Source: Haliotis rubra (Eukaryota). From it: DNA of 64,000 nucleotides. The notes beneath the pieces were generated by a model. That model searched no databases. It saw only the letters and a program-made list of their open reading frames with translations, and was not told the DNA's origin. A program made the position numbers and the translations under genes. The stretch is taken from positions 310,001 through 374,000 of the forward strand of contig NW_025767455.1 in the NCBI RefSeq assembly GCF_003918875.1, read 5' to 3'. Shown piece by piece: positions 23,301 through 36,677 of the stretch. Numbering within the stretch: the first letter of the stretch is position 1; every line of letters starts with the position of its first letter.

Positions 23301-26300
23301 GCAAGGTGCGTGACTACAGCAATATTTGCTCTAAGAGTGTTCTCGTCTCGCTCTGTATCCCACTCTACATCTATATAAAGAGGTCTATCTTACACAGATT
23401 TTAACATTATGTTTTATCCATTCAAAACATTTTCTTCTTAAGTCTGCCTTTAACGTCCGACTGAAACTCTTAGAGCAGATACTATATATTCTTTTGCCAT
23501 GACATTTTGAATTGTCATGTGTAAACATGTTCAGGAACGACTTATACCTTGTACATCAATATCTGCCACTACAAGAAATGTCAATATGGGTGACTCCACA
23601 TTACAGATTAACACTGACCATCACTGTGACCTGTGACCCCCACTACTATGGACCGAACTGTTCTGTCCTGTGTAACCCAGGGTCAGCTGACCACTACACG
23701 TGTGGCCCGGACGGGTTAAAACACTGCATTAAAGGTATGTTACATAAGCTCAAGTCACACCTGAACTAAAGACAGGCATGCCGACAACTGAACATGCCTT
23801 CGACATTAACGTTTCTTAAAAACGAAGTTCTTACCTCAGATGTATTGTACTAGACACTGAGAAAGCCTCGCACTTCTTTAACACTTAATTAAAATATGTA
23901 AGGCTATCCAGGGATGTCTTTCACGTAATTTGAATCGCGCGTATAGCATGTTATCGTGAAAATGTTATATTTGTTTGGTACAACATGCATAGACTGCCAG
24001 GCTACATAGCGCTACACATTTTGCTCCCATCGTTAACCCTCTTGTCAGTGTCTAAGGGTTGCACTGTACAGCCACCGTCTCAGTGCTCTAGGGGATAGAG
24101 TGTCTGCTTGGAGAGCGAATGGCTTCGTTTCGATATATATGTTCACTATGAAAGGCTTTCAAACGTGGTATGTGTTGTTACCTTGCCATGTTCTCATTAT
24201 TGAGGGTAAAACAGATATTGCTTGTCCCAAAGTCAGCATTATTTGCCTCAGATGGATACAGAAGTGTAAACATCACTATGACACAGGCATAGTGCAAACT
24301 CCGCACGCACACACACACGCAAGCACGTCAATACGAAAGTGCAATGTCTCGAAATCGAAGTTAAACCTCATATTTTCCTCACTGAATCTTTGGTGCACGA
24401 CAAGGTAGACTTGACTTGGTTGCTGGGCATGGTCTATAGCCAAGTACTAACTATGGTTTAAAAGTCTGTCTCTATATATTTAACTAAAGGGGCTTAAGGG
24501 TCCTTCTCTGGCATATATTTAAAAAAACTACAAGGGTGTTTCCATCTTCCCTGTTTCCGATGGAAGTAAAATCTTCCGTAGTTTCGTCTTCGACAAGATC
24601 TGCACATATCTAAATCAATGTTAATGTACAGGATGTGAACCCATCTTAGAGATTGTCTAGGTGGTAGAGCACATACCTGCCATCTTCTTCACCTTATGTC
24701 TATATCATCTCCAGTCCATTCATCCCTCAGTGAACTTAATACTGACTGGAAAGTAATGGCATAAGTTAGGACATCTAAGGAACAAATTAAAACAAGGCTT
24801 TCTACAACACGTTAGTGGCACCATAATGATTATTTACAAGGATTATTCAGGACGTAAAGTGACACCACAATTAATCTTCTAGAGATTGGGGATTTAGCAT
24901 CTACAGTCATTATGTCAGACTTTAAACTAGTACAATGTTGTCAGTGTTCGATAACGCATAGTCGGTCTCTTTCATTGTTTACCTTTACAAGCATAGTGAA
25001 AAAGCTAGATATATTTAAAGTAAGTCATCACATCGCATGTATGTACGATGCATGCATATACATGTATTTTGTTTAACTCTATAAATCTACTCACATGTTA
25101 AAATCTTAATGATTTAAGTTATGCAAATGGAATATGCTTGAATCTAGATGCTTTCTCTGTAATTTTCAGGCTATACCGGAAGTGCTTGCCAACAAACACC
25201 GTGCCACAACGTTGCCTGCCATAACGGAGGAATGTGTGTTGTAGTAGGGTCAACATTCAACTGTTCCTGTCCATCTGGATTTAGTGGTGTACATTGTGAG
25301 ACCACACCTTGTACAAATAATTCATGTCAGAACCAAGGAACGTGTCATGTTGTTGGATCGATAGCCACCTGTTCTTGTAAATCTGGATTTAATGGTACAC
25401 ATTGTGAGACCAACCCCTGTACAAAGAACCCATGTCAGAATCAAGGAACGTGCCGTTTTACTGGATCAAAGGTCACCTGTTCCTGTAAAACTGGATTTAA
25501 TGGTACACATTGTGAGACCACACCCTGTACAAAGAATCCATGTCAGAATCAGGGAACGTGTCATGTTGTTGGGTCGAAAGCTACCTGTTCCTGTAGGTCT
25601 GGATTTAATGGTACACATTGTGAGACCACCCCCTGTACAAAGAATCCATGTCAGAATCAAGGAACGTGCCGTTTTACTGGATCAAAGGTCACCTGTTCCT
25701 GTAAATCTGGATTTAACGGTACACATTGTGAGACCACACCTTGTACAAAGAATCCATGCCAGAATCAAGGAACGTGCCGTTTTACTGGATCAAAGGTCAC
25801 CTGTTCCTGTAAATCTGGATTTAACGGTACACATTGTGAGACCACACCTTGTACAAAGAATCCATGCCAGAATCAAGGAACGTGCCGTTTTACTGGATCA
25901 AAGGTTACCTGTTCTTGCAAGTCTGGATTTAACGGACCACTTTGTGAGACCACCCCGTGTACAAAGAATCCATGTCAGAATCAAGGAACGTGCAGTTTTA
26001 CTGAATCAAAGGTCACCTGTTCTTGCAAATCTGGATTTAACGGTACACATTGTGAGACCACCCCCTGTACAAAGAATCCATGTCAGAATCAAGGAACGTG
26101 TCTTGTTGCTGGATCGGAAGTCACATGTTCCTGCAAATCTGGATTTAATGGTACACATTGTGAAACCACCCCCTGTACAAAGAATCCATGTCAGAATCAA
26201 GGAACGTGCCGTTTTACTGGATCAAAGGTCACCTGTTCTTGCAAATCTGGATTTAACGATACACATTGTGAGACCACCCCCTGTACAAAGAATCCATGTC

Positions 26301-29300
26301 AGAACCAGGGAACATGTCATGTTGTTGGGTCGAAAGCTACCTGTTCCTGTAAATCTGGTTTTAATGGTACACATTGTGAGACCACACCCTGTACAAAGAA
26401 CCCATGTCAGAATCAAGGAACGTGCATGTTTACTGGATCAAAGGTCACCTGTTTCTGCAGGTCTGGATTTAACGGTACACATTGTGAGACCACCCCCTGT
26501 ACAAAGAATCCATGTCAGAATCAAGGAACGTGTCATGTTGCTGGATCGGAAGTCACATGTTCCTGCAAATCTGGATTTAACGGTACACATTGTGAAACCA
26601 CCCCCTGTACAAAGAATCCATGTCAGAATCAAGGAACGTGTCATTTTACTGTTTCAATGGTCACCTGCTCTTGTCGTCCTGGATATAAAGGTACGCAATA
26701 GGCATGTGACCACGATATACCTTTGATAATATGTCAGATAAGATGGTTTCAAAGTAAATATCAAAGATGGTTTCAAATAAAAATCCTTATCAAGAGATAG
26801 CATCAACTTTGTAGATATCAGCGATGTCTTTACGTTCTTACGCCAGTTATTACGCTGTATTAATTGCTCTTTGTGTTTTGGGTTTCTTTAATACCATTAA
26901 GTAATTATTCTGTTATTCAGGAATGTACTGTGATGTTCTGTCAAACACAAAGGAAGTCACTCCATCAATGGCAGCATCATCAACAGACCGGACTCTTCCA
27001 CATCTTCCTACTCCAACAGGTATCAGTTTAAACAAGTAAACTTTAAATTTACCTGTCAAGGTGGAAATGATAACTGACAAAGTTGAACCTTCATAGGATC
27101 AAGTTTCCAGGCCATTACTTAAAATAGGCTAGACCCAAGTAGGTTCCAGGCGCGTGATTATATAATGATTGAATATAAAATCATGGCTTCTATATGTACT
27201 AATAAATCTGTGAAAAGTAACATCATGATGGCAATTACAACCTCAATCATATACTGTAGTGTGTGTATATCACACAGGTCACAGCCGCCCACAAACCACA
27301 GCCAGATTAATTTTGCCACACAGCGTCTTACAGGGAGCATACTACCACTCGTGAAATACTAGTTCCGCTTGTAAACATTATTGCCATATTTGTCAATGTT
27401 GTGTGAATGTGTGTAAAATATGGCCCCCATAAATGAACTATTTGGGACACTGTTATAATGGAACTGTGGCAGTCAGAAGTGTGTCTCGTATATTCACTTT
27501 CAAAAAGGTAAAATCTCGAAAGTTATAATTTCAGAGAAAAACAAGCTGAAGATTGACCAAACCATTTGCACGATACAATTTATCCTCATCATAACGGGGA
27601 AAGACCTGAAAAAAAGACCGGAGACTAATGTCCCTTTATGTTTTGCTTCTGTATTTGCAGGTTGTCCCCACAACATCAGTAACTGTGAGTTAGCGGAGTG
27701 TCCAGATCTGACCTCTGTCCGATGTGTCCGGTGTCGGGCTGGTTACACACAGGTTGAGGGACGCTGCATGAGTAAGTTCAAAATATAATTGAAAACAAAA
27801 TGCAATTTAGAAATAATACAGTTTTCAATGCTAATATCGCCTAATTGGGTGATAATTCATTGTGGATAGTTGTGCACAGTATCTATTAGACTCAGCCGGC
27901 CATTGGTTCGAAACCTCGATTCCTTTCGATTGCGATCATGGTTATGCATGGCTTCCTTCAAATAAAGACTACAGTTCTCGATGTAACTGAGATAATGTTA
28001 TGAACATATAAAGCCACCTAACGTGTGTTGTATTACTTTGCGGAGCCTACAAAATCTCAGTTCTTGAGAAGACGACTTTTCAATCAAACCCGGAGTGACT
28101 ATGAGTACTGATGAATTATGTTTCAGCGTGTCCAACCCGCACCCCTATCCTGCATTGTGAGGAGGAACAATCAGTCGACTGTCTCTTCAGATGGTGCAAC
28201 AGGTGCGAGCAGGGATTCTACCGGGAAGCTGCTGCTTGTGAGGGTGAGGCTTCCTTATAACTCGCATTCTTCTAAATACACCATCTAACTTTCTTCAATG
28301 TATACAGATGTCTCAGGAAAAACATGTCAACAGGCGTTTAATGATACGATTGACAATATGTCTTGACATCCAACACAGTGTGTCCCCGTCTACACGCCGG
28401 ATGTCGTGATCACGTCTGCTCCTCCGCTGATGACGTCAGGTGTGTTAGATGTCAACCGGGTTTCTTCCTGACCGGGAACACCTGTAAAGGTAAACTATAT
28501 GTTCAACTACCTTTTGTGTTTATGTTTGTGGAATAAATATACCACGGAGGCCAAATACCTTAACACATCAATTCCATATGTGCTCTTCCAGAATGTCCTT
28601 CCCCAAACCCAATGTGCAACGAATTCACCTGTAGTGACTCCACTGACGTCACATGCACCAAGTGCAAAGATGGATTCCTGGAAGTAGACGGCCAGTGTCT
28701 TCGTGAGTTATTTCAGCTGAAACACAACGTTATGCTTACAAGCCTGTTCTGACAACAACTAATACTGAGAGTATGCTATATAGATAGTGTGAGAGAGGGG
28801 TGGTTTAACTCAGATTTGAACAGAAGTCCAGTTATGTGAAGGTGTGTTAGCATACTTTGGGACGAAAGAAACACACGACTCCCCCATCTACCATTTCGGT
28901 GAATATCATCGATATGGTGCTGACAAACCGAGAATCATAATCGCAGCGGACGGGATCTGCACAGCGATGAGAATACGTTGCATCGGGTAACCAAAACAAT
29001 TTCGCATCATCAGCAAGCACTTGTAGCAATGGTAACGTTTTCAGATGTTCCTTTTAAAACTTATTATCAGAATGATAACGAACTTCTCTTTGGCGCAAGG
29101 GTGCCACGACCACAATGCCTTCTGTTGTCTGATTTCTTTTGCTGCAGTGTGTCCATCCACGGGCCTGATCCCTGACTGCGTAGACGTTGCCAGAGACGGC
29201 TGCTTTAAAAACTGGTGCAGGAAGTGTGCTCCCGGCTTCTTCATCAGCGGGACAGCTTGTGATGGTAAAACAGTTATCCTTTCGACCTGTAAATGGTACA

Positions 29301-31447
29301 ATGCCCCGAAAGCTGACGTTTAATGGTTCTTAGAATCTTTTTCCACTTCGTTGTTGCTTAGCATTATAAAAGGTCCATGCCAGAAACGTAGGAGTGTCCG
29401 AAACGAAAACCCGTACACAAAAAGCCAACACAATGATCCAAACTCCACCCGGAAACTAAACGCAGAGCAGTATCTATTGAACAATGCATAGATGTCTTCC
29501 AGTAATGATTATGAAGCTTCACGTTGATTATCCGATCTGCGCGAGCCTGCCCCTTCAAACTCTTCAGAATATAGAAATACCTGAAAATGCCACCCACTGC
29601 TCTTTATATACTAAGCAGCAAAAGAAACGTCAGTTTGGAATTTTCCGTCGCAGAAACGGATAACTGTAAACTCATTTAATGTTTGTTTTGTATATTTTTG
29701 ACAACATCTCCAACTTTACCTGAGCAAAGACATTCCTTCCCAAACTCAGAATGGAACCCAGGAAATGGTCTCAAAAACGCAACCTGATCTCGGAGATGGT
29801 ACCGTGTTCTCCATGTTTTTCATGCAACTCATGCTAAATGTGCTGTTCACAAGGACCAGCCCTATAAAATGCACTCCAAACCTGGCTGAAACATTCACAT
29901 TATCAACGTCAGCAGAATGCCGCGACACACGACAGCTGAGAAGAACCAGGCGCTAGGAAGACTTGGCCACACTGCACAAGCCGTTGCCAATCACTTAGCA
30001 GGTCAACGTTAGGACCATATACAGGCTGCATATGACGACGTGGCCAGCGTTACTCAGACCAATGTGTTATGGAAAGAGACTAATGGGGAGGTGCAAGCAT
30101 CATGGTATAGGGTGGAATAGGCCTGAACCAGAGAGTGGGTCATGTGGTGTTCCAGAACCTTGGACCAGGGAGAGGAGGCGGCATCACAGCGATGCGCTAC
30201 ATCGACCAAGCTCTCAGACCCCACGTCATACCACAGTTCGCACGTCACCGGAACAACATTTTCCAGCATGATAACGCCCGGGCCCATACTGCCAGAGCTA
30301 CACGGGACTTCCCACAGCAGACTGGTGTCAACATTATGCAGTGGCCAGCCCTTAGTCCTGATTTAAACCCAATTGAACATCTTTGGGATAAAATTCAGAG
30401 GAGACTAAATAATGTCATACCAAGGCCGAACACAGCCGATTTATTGCGCTAGGCCTTTCTCAGAGTCTTGAAATTGTCTTGAGTTATTCATTGATGTGTC
30501 AAGATATTGTACACAAAAAATGTTTTTGATCCGCTTATTATGTCCATTTCTGTAATGATTTGATTACAATGCCTATCTAAGTTTGAATTCGTACTTACGT
30601 TTTTTTTTGCTGCTGAGTATATTATGACGTTAAAAAGTACATTAGCTCTTCCGACGCACACCTAGTGTCATCATTTTCAGTGATCGATCCATATACTTTT
30701 CATTACTATAACACCCCTTACACAAAAGAGAAATCTGTTCTAAGGATAGTCAAGGCTGAGTATTCTTTGGCGTTTCAGAAATATGCCAAAGCCTCACCTG
30801 CCGAAATTATATCAATTAACATACTTTTCCACTTTATTCTTTTCAAAGAGTCCATTTTTCAGTCTGCCCCCCACCTGGTGTAGGCTGTCAACTTGCTGAA
30901 TGTAATTCTACCCAAGACTCGCGCTGTGTCACATGTTTCCATGGCTACGACTTAAAGGGTGGAATCTGCAGTGAGTAGTTGTTATTCCATAGTTCGACTA
31001 ACGGGGATCGGGTGGTCAGTCTCGCTGACTTGGATGACACATGTCATCGTATCCCAATTGCATAGATCGATGCTCATATTGTTGATCACTGGATTGTCTG
31101 ATCATGACTAGATTATCATCATACCGCCTCAATATAGCTGGAATATTGCTTAGAGCTGCGTTAAACAAACTATACCACTTGCATATTAAAACAGTTTATT
31201 AAAATCGTGAGTTTCACATTTCTTGTGTAGATTGTAATGATACAAGCACACTTGTTTTCCAGCACATTCCCATGGCAACGAATCAGTTACTTCCTCTACT
31301 CAGTGCGTGGACAACCCACACGTCGACTGTGCTTCTCTACACGCATCTCTCAACGTCTGCTCAGAACCGACTACGGCCTGTGAATACTGCCCTCGATACT
31401 GCCACATGTGCAACACGTGCACTCAGGGTGTGCCTATCATTGGCTGA
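20311..31447 (+). CDS. Gene 2: secreted Delta-like protein (SP-MNNL/C2-DSL-14 EGF-6 furin-like Cys-rich-ShKT), 1018 aa
   Basis: 14 GT-AG exons, all in phase, total 3057 nt: 20311-20367, 20486-20628, 20965-21076, 23169-23305, 23607-23734, 25170-26690, 26921-27019, 27661-27771, 28127-28243, 28379-28489, 28592-28702, 29148-29264, 30863-30970, 31263-31447. No TM segment. AATAAA at 31754. Confidence 0.9.
22000..22900 (+). mobile_element. Penelope-like element fragment (GIY-YIG) nested in the Ginger-like element
   Basis: GVVYQTECDCSESYIGET on the minus strand and RIKEHQASVRK..S.I.DHL on the plus strand; PLE-type 3' region. Copy at ~44190-45780. Confidence 0.75.
22811..22848 (+). ncRNA. Candidate minimal hammerhead ribozyme (Penelope-associated)
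   Basis: TTGACAA core (U3-A8 variant), stem II GACAT/ATGTC, GAAAC-GTC. Second copy at 45684-45721. Confidence 0.5.
25170..26690 (+). repeat. Gene 2 EGF exon: 14 EGF-like repeats, 108-bp period
   Basis: Uninterrupted ORF 25232-26701; exon 1521 nt; last Cys supplied by the next exon. Confidence 0.95.
27661..30970 (+). CDS. Gene 2 exons 8-13: six furin-like / growth-factor-receptor-type Cys-rich modules
   Basis: Each phase 1-1 exon (108-117 nt) encodes CP-x-C-x-C-x-CxxCxxG(F/Y)x5-C, e.g. CPRLHAGCRDHVCSSADDVRCVRCQPGFFLTGNTC. Confidence 0.8.
29609..30619 (+). mobile_element. Tc1-like element in gene 2 intron 12
   Basis: TIRs TACT(A/C)AGCAGCAAAA, TA TSD, FQHDNARAH and WPALSPDLNPIEHLW motifs. Empty site in gene 3 at ~52933. 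Confidence 0.9.
31263..31447 (+). CDS. Gene 2 last exon: ShKT-like domain
   Basis: CVDNPHVDCASLHASLNVCSEPTTACEYCPRYCHMC fits ShKT spacing (CxD..C..C..CPxxCxxC); ends NTCTQGVPIIG*. Confidence 0.8.
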
Positions 31448-33789
31448 TGAAGCAGAATGAATGAGATCTGTTTCAGGCTGTTTTGCACAGTATTTCAGTC
31501 ACACCGGGTGAGCCGCTGCTGAAACCCCGACGAGATGACTGTGCAAATGTTCGCCATTTACGCGTCTTACAAGTATGATTCTCTCAAATTGAAAAACGTA
31601 ATCAGCTTGATCATCGGATTTGAACCCGTAGTTATATAAGTGGTGCAGCTCTGCATAATGCAATGCAACTTAAAACCATAAAAATGTTATTATGTGTAAT
31701 GTATATGGGTTTGTTTACAAAGATGTTGTAATTGTTGGGATAATTATATGTATAATAAATTGATATATTGTAAAAAAACATGTATGCATTAAGTTATTGT
31801 GTTTGGAATATATTTGTGCAATCATTTATTCGATGTGATAATGTTATAACATGTTAATGCTGTACAATCACTTCTTTTTGTTTTGTTTTGTTTTGTATTT
31901 TTATTTGGTTTAAAAACATGTACAAATATTCCAGCTGTATGAAGCCCGTGATTTGTAATATGAGCATCGATCAACACAAATGGGATTCCACAACATAAAC
32001 CAAATTACCCAGTCGGACAGGACCAGTGGTTTCCAGACACAGAGTCAAAGTCCTGTAGACTCTGAGTACGGTATGTCCTCGGTTGTGTGTCAATAAACTA
32101 CAATGATTCCAGAAGAATCGGTTTCAGAAATCGCTCATGAACATTGTATTTTGTCCATTAATGTGATTTCCGTAAATGTGCCATCAACTTAACTGATATA
32201 ATCTGTGCAAGATATTTTGTGATGCCCTCCCATACAATTGTCGCATGCATGTGAAGCCCGACCTTGCATGCTAAAAAATGATTTAACTTTAACCAATGGC
32301 AAGAAGATAGCGTAAACTATTAAATAATTACACACACGCACACACGTGCATAGACACACATAAACTTACGCATGTATGTACGTACGTACATACACAGATG
32401 TCTCTGCATTATTTACTATATGTTATGATATTATGTATATTTTGACCACAACATATACTATTTAACTGCAGCTGATTGAATGGTACATGCTCATGATATA
32501 GTTACAATTGTACAATCGACTCTGCTTTTAGCAGACGTTTCTTATGAATTTGGAAAGGATTTTATCGCTTTTGAATACTGGGCTCTGAAAACAGACTGAC
32601 TTACTGAGCAGTGTCGCACCTACATCCACATACACACCATTGCAACAACGGATACACTAGTGTACCATTGAAATGTCAAAACTTTTGCTAGTTTATCGTT
32701 TTAAAGGGACATATGACTGATATTTACATCCATGGCAGATGACCATAGATTTTATTTAGATGATTAGTCAGAGCACCCAATTGTCCATCACGTCATTTGC
32801 CATGAAAGGTCAGACTCGTGTACGTCCAGGGGGTTGTGAGAATAGTACTGCCCAGTAGCACGATCAGTTCCATATCTGGTGAAAAGCTTGCCCTATCCTG
32901 TCCTGACCACGTCACCTTGTAATGAAGAGAGGGATCGAGTAAGCCTATGTGAGTATAGAACCTAGTGTTGAGTTATTCCTTGTAATGCCAGAGTGCCAGT
33001 ACATGAATGTAATGTTGTAGTTAGGAGTCTCGGTCGTCAGACCTCTCACTCCTAAACGTAGAAGCCCCGGACGGACCAAGCGAGTATGTAACCTGAGCTT
33101 ACATCACCCCTGACAATGCGGAACGGCCATCTTAATAGGTAACTGGTAGTAGGGTTTACTAACACCCAAATCCCGGTTACGACACTAGCGTTGTTTTATA
33201 TCCATAGAGCCATATCCATCCATAGCCATTGCTATATAAATTGTGTCTCACATGGCTAAACCTAAACCTTGTCTTACATGCAATTCTCGCTTCCGATATC
33301 TGCAATTGTACCTTTGTTTCAATATGTACCACAGGCATTAACAGCCGCATGATTGCAACTTAAGGATGCGAAATAGATATCGAATGCAAATCTCAAAACG
33401 TTTTTAAAGACATAATTGATACATTGATACATACTATTGAACTCACCATGCAACATACAATGATTCTTTTTCTAAACACAGATATTATTCCTTCATACAC
33501 ATTGTGACTCAATGTTTTTTATCACTTCCTTAAAATCCGTTAATATTACTTAATATCCTTCTTATCACAGTAGGAATCGAATCTAAATCTTTTGCTGGCA
33601 AAATCCACCGTTATATTGAAGAGTTATCTAATTGTGAGAAATCATAATTAGCTAACGTCATGTTAATGAAGTGTAAGGCCAAGAATCATGGTTAAGCGTA
33701 GACTGAATATTTGGATCTTAGATCAACCACTTTTGTAAGCAGGTATGGTGAGTATTGTGCCCTGGGCACCACTTGAATGGGGATGGAGG

Positions 33790-33821
<32 letters not shown>

Positions 33822-34795
33822 TGTGAGCGCCACTGAGCACTCTCTATTAAAGTCAGATAAGCTATTCCCCGAATAATGGAAAAATCATTTTACCCGTACA
33901 ATTGATAATTAATTGTCTTTGATTAGCATGGGCAAGAAGCACTTGAAGATTGCATTGTTGTTCCATTCGATAATTATCAAAGAATGCGTAAATGTGTAAT
34001 TATTAAAGAATGTGTAAATCGAAATATGTTTTATCCATAATTTCTGTTGTTGCCATAGGCGCTATATTCCTTAGATACGCCGCAGTCACATTGTTTTAGT
34101 TATATCATGTCTGCATGTAGCAAGCATGTAGCCCTATCAGGCAGTCAGGTTACATTGACACTAACGCCTGACGCTTCCACTCATATGACAAGCAATTTTA
34201 TGCTGGATATCCTCTAAACTTGATTTGATCAAGACTCAGTCTGGGTATTCGTTTGCACTCACTAACTCACTAACTCACTCACTCACTCACTGGTGGTGTG
34301 TGGTTCTGTGCATAGAGCTCAGGTCACAATTCAGTTTAAGTTTATCAACGTTGAGAGCGGAGAGCATTTGGATGGGTGACCATGTTCGGCAGCTTGCCTC
34401 CTGAGAGTTTCTAGGACTTCAGTCCTACCCCACAACGAAGCATATGTGATACCTTAGGCAATTGAATTTGTTCAAAATTGTCTCTGTTCACCCAGCAGAA
34501 AGTGGGTACCCAGTGGGATAAGTCATGTGACTATTAACCTTCTAGTGTCTCACAGGCAGCTTGGATTATCCGGGGTAATAATAATCACCCTCTGTATTGA
34601 TAGGTACATGTCAGTGAGGGCTCTGTCCAGATGCCATCAATTTCCGAAACATTAATTCTCTTAATCTGAAAAGCAGTTTACTAAATTCAGAAATAAGACT
34701 CCCTTTTTAAAGTCAAAATGTTTGTGATGAACTGTAAAAACTGACCACTACGAAATCAATACAACTAACTATGTATATTTCTCTTCTTGATAAGA

Positions 34796-34965
34796 GGGGC
34801 GGTGGGGTAGCCTAGTGGTTAAAGCGTTCGCTCGCCACGCCGAAGACCCGGGTTCGATTCCCCACATGGGCACAATGTGTGGAGCCCATTTCTGGTGTCC
34901 CCCGCCGTGATATTGCTGGAATATTGCTAAAAGCGGCGTAAAACTAAACACACTCACTCACTCAC
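34796..34965 (+). mobile_element. Full-length tRNA-derived SINE family A
   Basis: A box TAGCCTAGTGG, B box GGTTCGATTCC, (CACT)n tail, TSD TCTTGATAAGA. Empty site at ~13562. Other copies at ~14050-14122(-), ~41615-41750(-), ~50714-50881 and 56490-56579(-). Confidence 0.9.
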
Positions 34966-35619
34966 TCTTGATAAGATGTTTTACTTAGCATATTTTAGCA
35001 ATATTTACAGGTCATATTTTCAGTGCATTCAAATTTTCACGGCCTTAGCATTTATTGGTTATTAACTGAAAATCTGGGTTAGAATGGTCTTCAGCAACCC
35101 ATGCATGTCGTAAGGGGCGACTAACGGGGTGGTGTGCGCAGGCTATCTGACTTGGTTGATATAATTATATCATCGTGTGAAGATTGCGTAAATCGATGCT
35201 TACGGTACCTATGAATGGATTGTCTGATCCAGACTCGTTTATTTACAGACCGTTGTCTTATCGCTGGAGTATTGCTCAGTGCGGCGTTTAACAATAAACA
35301 TACAAAAAGCCACCCACATTGACTGTCCTAGTCATAGAATAGTGACAAATGCGTCCATAAAATATTACTAGTAACATGCCCTCTCCTTTGGCAAGGCCAA
35401 ACGGTCCGCATCTGGTGGAGCTTTGGACAAACACATACGCACAATTAGGTACTTGTTTCGAATCGAACCCGGATCTTCGGCGTGAGGAGCAAATGCTTTA
35501 AACCACTAGGCTACCCCACCGCCCCTATGGTACTTGGAAACCTAAGTCAACATAGACAAATATAATGATCCGATCCGATCCGATCCGATGCATACTGTTT
35601 AGACTTATACTACATGTCC

Positions 35620-36520
35620 CAGTGTTTTTAGGTGAATTATTGACCTGCGTTTGCATGACTTTTTGTCTGTGACAGGTTCCACAGATGAGGCAGGATGTAC
35701 TGACCAGTCCATATAAAATGTGCAGTGCGCATTACATGATGCACATCTGATGATCATAACCTTTTCTCAGCAGCACGAGAAGAATCGTCAAAATACTAAG
35801 ATAACTATTTTTATGTTCTTAAACAAATAGAATGTAAAGTATCCAGTGTTATAAAGTGTGGATATGGTGATACCATGTTGTATCGATCAAAAGTATCCCA
35901 TAGATGTTCAATGGGGGGCAAATCGGGTGATCGAGAAGCTAACACCTGAACATTGTTTTGCTGGAGGGAGTCCTGTCAAAACACGTGCAACGCGAGGTCG
36001 AGCATTAACCGTTGATGTTGATGAAGGGAACGACGTGACGTTGAACTGGTTTTCTCGCAAACAGTCTGGCTTCCCATAGCCAATTGCGCACTGTCTGGTC
36101 GGAGATTCGGCGCAGTCCAGGGATTTGGATTGTTGTGGATGATGCAGCCGTGGTGTTTGAATGAAGATGTCTCAACCGGATGTAGCGATCCTGTGCGGCG
36201 GTGGTAACTCTAGGTCGACCTGACCTGGGTCTGTCATTAACACTCCCAGTATTGTTGTATCGGGTCCATATGTTTGACATGGTCTGTCTGGACACGCTGA
36301 AGTGCCTTGCCACCTCATGCTGCGATGCCCGTTCTTGTAAACGGCCGATTCCGCTGTGTCGTTTGGCTTCTGTCAGTCTGTTCATTCTCTCGTCGTCTAT
36401 AGTGGCTTAAAGCAATGCATGTGGAGTACCATTGATGTGGCTTTTTAAAGCCTACAGTCATAGACTTCAGCTCAGGGAGTTACACAATTTCATGATTCAC
36501 GTGCATTTCATGCAGGGTGC
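35620..36520 (-). mobile_element. Tc1-like remnant (duplicate of 14220-15090)
   Basis: ORF 36005-36385 is nearly identical to 14554-14934. Confidence 0.8.
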
Positions 36521-36548
36521 GTTTGAGCGATCCACTGAAGACGTTGTA

Positions 36549-36552
<4 letters not shown>

Positions 36553-36601
<49 letters not shown>
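36553..36601. repeat. (TG)n microsatellite
   Basis: Perfect TG run, longer than at the paralogous site ~15103-15128. Confidence 0.95.
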
Positions 36602-36603
<2 letters not shown>

Positions 36604-36677
36604 TTATGTGACTTAAAATCTTAACTCACTCACTCACATTTCGTATCTATGTGTTATAGAAGATAACATACATTATA

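Noticed and set aside
34796-34870. tRNA gene
   Set aside because: tRNA-like head continues into a SINE body with tail and TSD.
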